From the human T2T-CHM13v2.0 reference genome, Homo sapiens, in NCBI RefSeq assembly GCF_009914755.1, contig NC_060926.1: a DNA stretch of 64,000 bases. One strand, given 5' to 3'. A model generated the notes under the pieces. That model did no database searches. It had not been told where the DNA came from and was given only the letters and a program-made list of their open reading frames with translations. Made by a program: the position numbers and the translations under genes. Position 1 is the stretch's first letter. Each line of letters starts with the position of its first letter. Below are positions 59,363 to 64,000 of this stretch, piece by piece.

Positions 59363-60151
59363 GGGAACTTTGGAAGAAGAAGGGTTTTTGGATGAAGATG
59401 GAGGAATAATGGTTGAAAGTGACAATGGCAAGCTAAGACAGTTAACTTTACCTTCCAAGCCTGTGGTATACTGAGTATGGCAGGGACAAACTGGCTCTAG
59501 TAACAGAATGGCAAGAAAAGGGGTATCTTGCCAGAAGGTAATGAGTGGGTTAAGAAAGGAAGAGGTGACTCAGGGAAGCTTAAGTATGAAAGAGTTCCAG
59601 AGGACACGGCTGGAAGAATCAACAAAAAAGCAGGGTAAGTGCTGGGAGCAGCTGTGGAAACAAAGTACAAGGTTTAAAGACAGCATGGATGGAGATGGAG
59701 GAGAGACTGGACAGTTACTGAGAGCACTTGGAGTCAGGGTGACTTCTAGAACTGAGTGAAGACAGGAATAGCTCCATGTGCCGGGAGGCTGAAGTGCAGA
59801 GAGTAACAAGACTCAGACTTAACACGCAACTCTAAACCCATACCACCACCTAGCTTTAAATACGGTTTCCGTTCACTTTTGGGAAAAAAAAAACTGTTTA
59901 CAAATGTTGAATGAAACCTTCCCAATTTTTTAAGAATAAGTAAGAAATATTCTAACTTATTTATTGCGAAGATTATCAACCATTTACTTATATTTCCAGC
60001 ACTTATCTCGTGTGTCACACAATTGTAAGCAATGCTAAAAACGGTTTTACAAGTGAGAGGAAGCTAATAAAAAGAAAAACTCCATAAAATTAACTGATAT
60101 TCAAGAATCTCAAAGCAACTCTTTTGAGTACAAGATAAGCTAGATACTAAC

Positions 60152-60306
60152 CAATTCCAACAGAGGCAGCACATTTCGTCTGGTCTTTGATTTCCATACG
60201 AACAGCATTTGCAAATTCATCAGGAGTAAGTTTGGTCTCTGCAAGGATTTCGGTAATGTCTACCAGCGCTTCATCACAACTGACAGCTTCAATGTTATGA
60301 GTGTAG
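60152..60306 (-). CDS. REV1: REV1 exon 11 (catalytic SCDE motif)
   Basis: tgatag|C TAC...ATTG|gttagt; YTHNIEAVSCDEALVDI...CAASVGIG. Confidence 0.96.
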
Positions 60307-61985
60307 CTATCAACACAGAGCAAAGGCAACGAATCACAGCCACAGCCACCATCTGGTAGACCCAATGTTGCAAAATAGTCTTCTTATCCTCTCTTTTTTC
60401 TATTTCCTCACAAAGCATTTTAAATGAATTGGCTGAAGTACCATTTTAGTCACCCAACTTTTAACTGCAAAGTTAATTAGTGTGTTCTCTTTCTCCTTAT
60501 TAACTACCAAAATACAGCATATTGGATAGGAAAATGTTTGAGGAGTAAAATAACCAACAAAAAAAATTTAAACACAAAAAAACAAAAACACAGCATAAAT
60601 TATTATTTCAGTTTCTCTATACTGACAATACTTCTATAAACCTTTGAAGAGTTGAAAACCGGTGGGTGAATTTGAACTGTCAAAACATTTAATCTAATGG
60701 TTTATGAGAATCCTTTAAGGAACAGAAAAATTAGACAAATCAGTAATTGCTACTCTCCTAAAACCAAAATATCACAGTTAAATTCCACTCACTGTAGCAG
60801 GCCTAGAATACAGAAGGAAAAAGTGGCCAGTCATCCCAACTGCTTGTCTGAGAATAGTTATCTACACTCTCTGCATGTGGACATACTTTTTAAAAAATCA
60901 TCTCATAGGATCTATCCACAAAAAGGATTTGTTTTAATTAGAGAAAAGAAAAAGGAAGACAAGAGTTGCTATGTGGCCCCCATGCTAATACGAGGACTAA
61001 GAAATCACAAAATAGAACTGGACCAGAAATGGGAGGAAACTTTCCCAAGAGGCCTCAGGATCAAAACTATGTCTTTCATAATCCACTTGGTAATGTAGAC
61101 TAGGAGGGCGGTCCTCATCTCTCACCTACACCTTACTGTAGGTAGGTTACAATCAGATTAAGATCTCTATTAAAGAAATAATCTATTAAAGAAATAAGTA
61201 TGTTTTGTTTAGGCTTAAAGTATGACATTTTTAAGAACAGAAGGGTATATCTGGTATGAGGTATTTTGCTTCAGAGTGAAAGCTGCCCTGAGACAGGGAG
61301 AATATGAAGCTGAGATAGGATTTCCCAAGGGTGGTAGAAGAACACTACTGTGGATATTTTTCCCCTAAGAATAGAAACATGCCACTGAAACTGTCTCCAG
61401 CCTTCTACTGGGACCGTGTGCATGTGACTGTGTAGGAGTATAGGTCACAGCTCTCTCTCACATCCTCATAACCTCAGGCACAGGCTGATGCTTGCTCTAG
61501 GGCTTCAATACCCAGGACACAGGAGCACCACAGTACTGACCTCAGTCACCCATCCCTATCTAGCCCTCGTTTGGATGCTACCACTGACTTCCTCCTTTCA
61601 AAGAGGATTTAAAGCACGTTCCACTTGACAATACCAACATTCCTGTATTTGGGATTTATTTATTTAGTTACCCAACTTATAACTGGAAAGTTAATTAGTG
61701 TGTTCTCTTTGTGTTAATAGAATAGCTATAATAAGTGTCTTATCATTCAGCACTCACTCCTACATAATGACGCCAGGAAATAATCAGTTCCTTCACATTT
61801 TCTCTCTCTCTCCTACTAAAGCAAGCTCCCACAAGGGCAAGGATTAGATATTCCTTTCTGGACTAGCAGCATCTAGCAGTCACCTGTACTTAGCAGATAC
61901 TGGTGTTCAAATTAACGCATAAAAAGGAAGAGGCAGAGGTGAAAACAGAGGCAAGAAGTCTATCTCTTGGAACATTAATACTGCC

Positions 61986-62162
61986 CAGGAGTTGACAAAC
62001 CTTGGCCTAACATCCAGTAAATGCATTTTTACTGGAACTACACCAAGCCCATTCATATACATTCCCCGTGGCTGCTTTCCATTCACAACGCAGAACTGAG
62101 AACTTCTGTTGAGTGACAGAAACTTTATCTGGCTCCCTTCAGAAAACTATGCTGACCCCTGG
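61986..62162. mobile_element. MER58A-type hAT MITE
   Basis: caggagttgacaaac...tggctgcttt...gcagaactgag...gctgacccctg. Confidence 0.55.
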
Positions 62163-62804
62163 TTTACAGCATAATAGGCTGGTTATACTTTTAAGAAATT
62201 TGAGTCCTGAGTTAATATGGAATATATCTACACTTTTAAATATTTTTAAATACATCTACAATTTTAAATATTTTTAAAATTAATCACCTTTTCTCAAGCC
62301 AACTCATCAACCATTTTGAAACTATTATTAAAGACCCACTTTTATGAAAACTAACTTTTGGCATATCCAATGATTTTAAGAAGATAAAGGTTTTAAAGTG
62401 TCTCCACTTGTTATCAACCCATCAGTTCTAATTTTGAACAAAACTATAATTAAAATGAAATAAAAGAGAAAAACCAGGTTAAAAAATTCCATCCTTCATC
62501 TATCTGGCTCCATGGGAAGAAAACCAGAACCACAGACTAGAAGTAATATAAGCAAATAATCAGATCTTACATCAACCAAGGAAGCACATGAACAATTTTG
62601 GCAATACAAAACTATCCTTTGAGATTGAGCTACCTGGAAATTGCCCAAAGAAAGGTCTCAAACTGGGATGCTGAGGAGTGGTTCCTGGAAGATAAAATTC
62701 TAACAAAAGTGATCCTGACAATCCTAAAGAAAACTTGAACTGTCTTTACTATTAGCTAAAAGAAGGAAAACACAGACACAAAATGACAGTTTGATACACT
62801 GTAC

Positions 62805-62933
62805 CTTGCCAATGTTTCATACAATGTTTGTGCGACTTCCTTATATGCATGAAAATCGTATGGAACAGCTTGAAGATTAGGACATAGTTGTTTAGCATGC
62901 CCAAAAAACATTCCGTTCTTAATGCCAAGTTGC
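62805..62933 (-). CDS. REV1: REV1 exon 10 (Y-family fingers/palm); gene continues beyond window
   Basis: ctctag|G CAA...GCAAG|gtacag; QLGIKNGMFFGHAKQLCPNLQAVPYDFHAYKEVAQTLYETLAS. Confidence 0.96.
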
Positions 62934-64000
62934 CTAGAGCGAGAACAAAACACAATGGAGGTTATTCTAGGAAGTTTTCAACTCAAATATTTATCAAATA
63001 TGTTGATATCTCCCCATGCCACTAATTTATAATTTCCACTTAACTCCATTCTCATTAGGGATTAAAGATAGGCATTAAAATTTACAGCCTTGTTTTCCCC
63101 CAAAAGTCACAACTGTCTGAATAGTGTAAATGACACATGTAGATGTGCCAACTATGTCATTAAAATACCAGGTTTGGCTCTTGTATCTGAAGCTTTCTCC
63201 TAAAACTCATACCTCTGGCCCCTTTGCAGAGATGCCAGCATGCCATATGCTGGTGATATCACAACCACCACAGAGCAGGAATATGCTGTCAAAAAGAGGT
63301 TTTCTTCCCCTAATACAAGGCACAGTTTGGCCAGGGTTCATCCCCCAAAGACAAAGAATATAAACAAAAGAACTACACAAAACAGTGCTATGTGACAAAC
63401 AGACAAAATGTACTCATCCTATTACCACCCAATTCCCAATTGACCAATTCCATGCTCCTGAAGTGGCTCCACAGTGGTTGAGATGCCAACAGCATTGTAC
63501 ATGGTAGGACATCACTCTGGGCAGGAGCCAGGGTTCCAGAACTTTGAGGGACCTAATTGAAAATGGTAAATTTTAAATCTGTGTGTCTCAGTGCCCCACA
63601 TTACCTTTGACATTTGGAGCATTCACCACAAAACTATAATTATGGAATTATACATAATTAGTAAAATTCTATTTTATCACTCTGTAAAGAATCAAGAAAA
63701 AAAATTATAGTAAAAACAAGCAAAATAATAAAGCAATGTTTCACCAAATTACATATTATATAATAGGATAATGGTTATTCTATATATATGTTCAATAAAT
63801 ATTTACTACACAGCATGGAGACGTGCCTTGTTTTAAGAAACGTATATACAAACAGTTGCCAATTACTCATAGGCCTCTGGCACCCTCCCAACATCCAGAC
63901 CATGAGAGCCAAGAAGAAAGAGTCCTCCAAGTTACTCAGCAGTAGATGCAAAATCACATGCATTTTTATGTTTATAAAAATAGTAATATTATAAATGGTC

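Noticed and set aside
60307-60365. N-terminal extension GLPDGGCGCDSLPLLCVD of REV1 exon 11
   Set aside because: Intronic read-through from a non-ATG start; the upstream cag at 60353 would add 46 nt and shift frame
60697-61098. 133-aa + strand ORF in REV1 intron 10
   Set aside because: No recognisable homology or exon signals; within chance expectation, though it lies between the 48-bp duplicates
61165-62280. Short tandem duplications near 61165-61198 and 62222-62277 (also 33278-33313)
   Set aside because: Ordinary AT-rich slippage products with no evident function

Overview
Primate (most likely human, chr2q11.2) genomic DNA containing the 3' parts of two convergent genes. On the + strand is EIF5B (translation initiation GTPase, IF2 homologue), from the tail of exon 4 to the last exon 24 (stop at 38062-38064). 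On the - strand is REV1 (Y-family translesion deoxycytidyl transferase), exons 10-23 (stop at 39891-39893). All 35 exons were placed by hand using splice sites and reading-frame continuity. Exon numbers assume the 24-exon and 23-exon models I recall and count back from the last exon. Introns contain about 32 Alus, old L1/L2/MIR fragments, a near-full-length Tigger1, several MITEs and three solo LTRs. Nearly all short ORFs in the track are repeat-derived or antisense noise. I found no evidence of a new multi-gene system, CRISPR array or prokaryote-like element. The best leads are post-transcriptional, and all are hypotheses that need RNA-seq, 3'-seq or conservation data: (1) a 3'-3' overlap zone where a candidate EIF5B distal poly(A) signal is spelled by REV1 Phe-Ile codons and miRNA/Pumilio sites are interleaved on both strands; (2) REV1's two ubiquitin-binding motifs split by introns at the same position, with cryptic exon, G4 and intronic poly(A) candidates in or next to those introns; (3) a GC-AG intron, NAGNAG acceptors and a candidate 48-nt cassette exon in EIF5B; (4) a nested 52-bp duplication and a spaced 48-bp duplicate.
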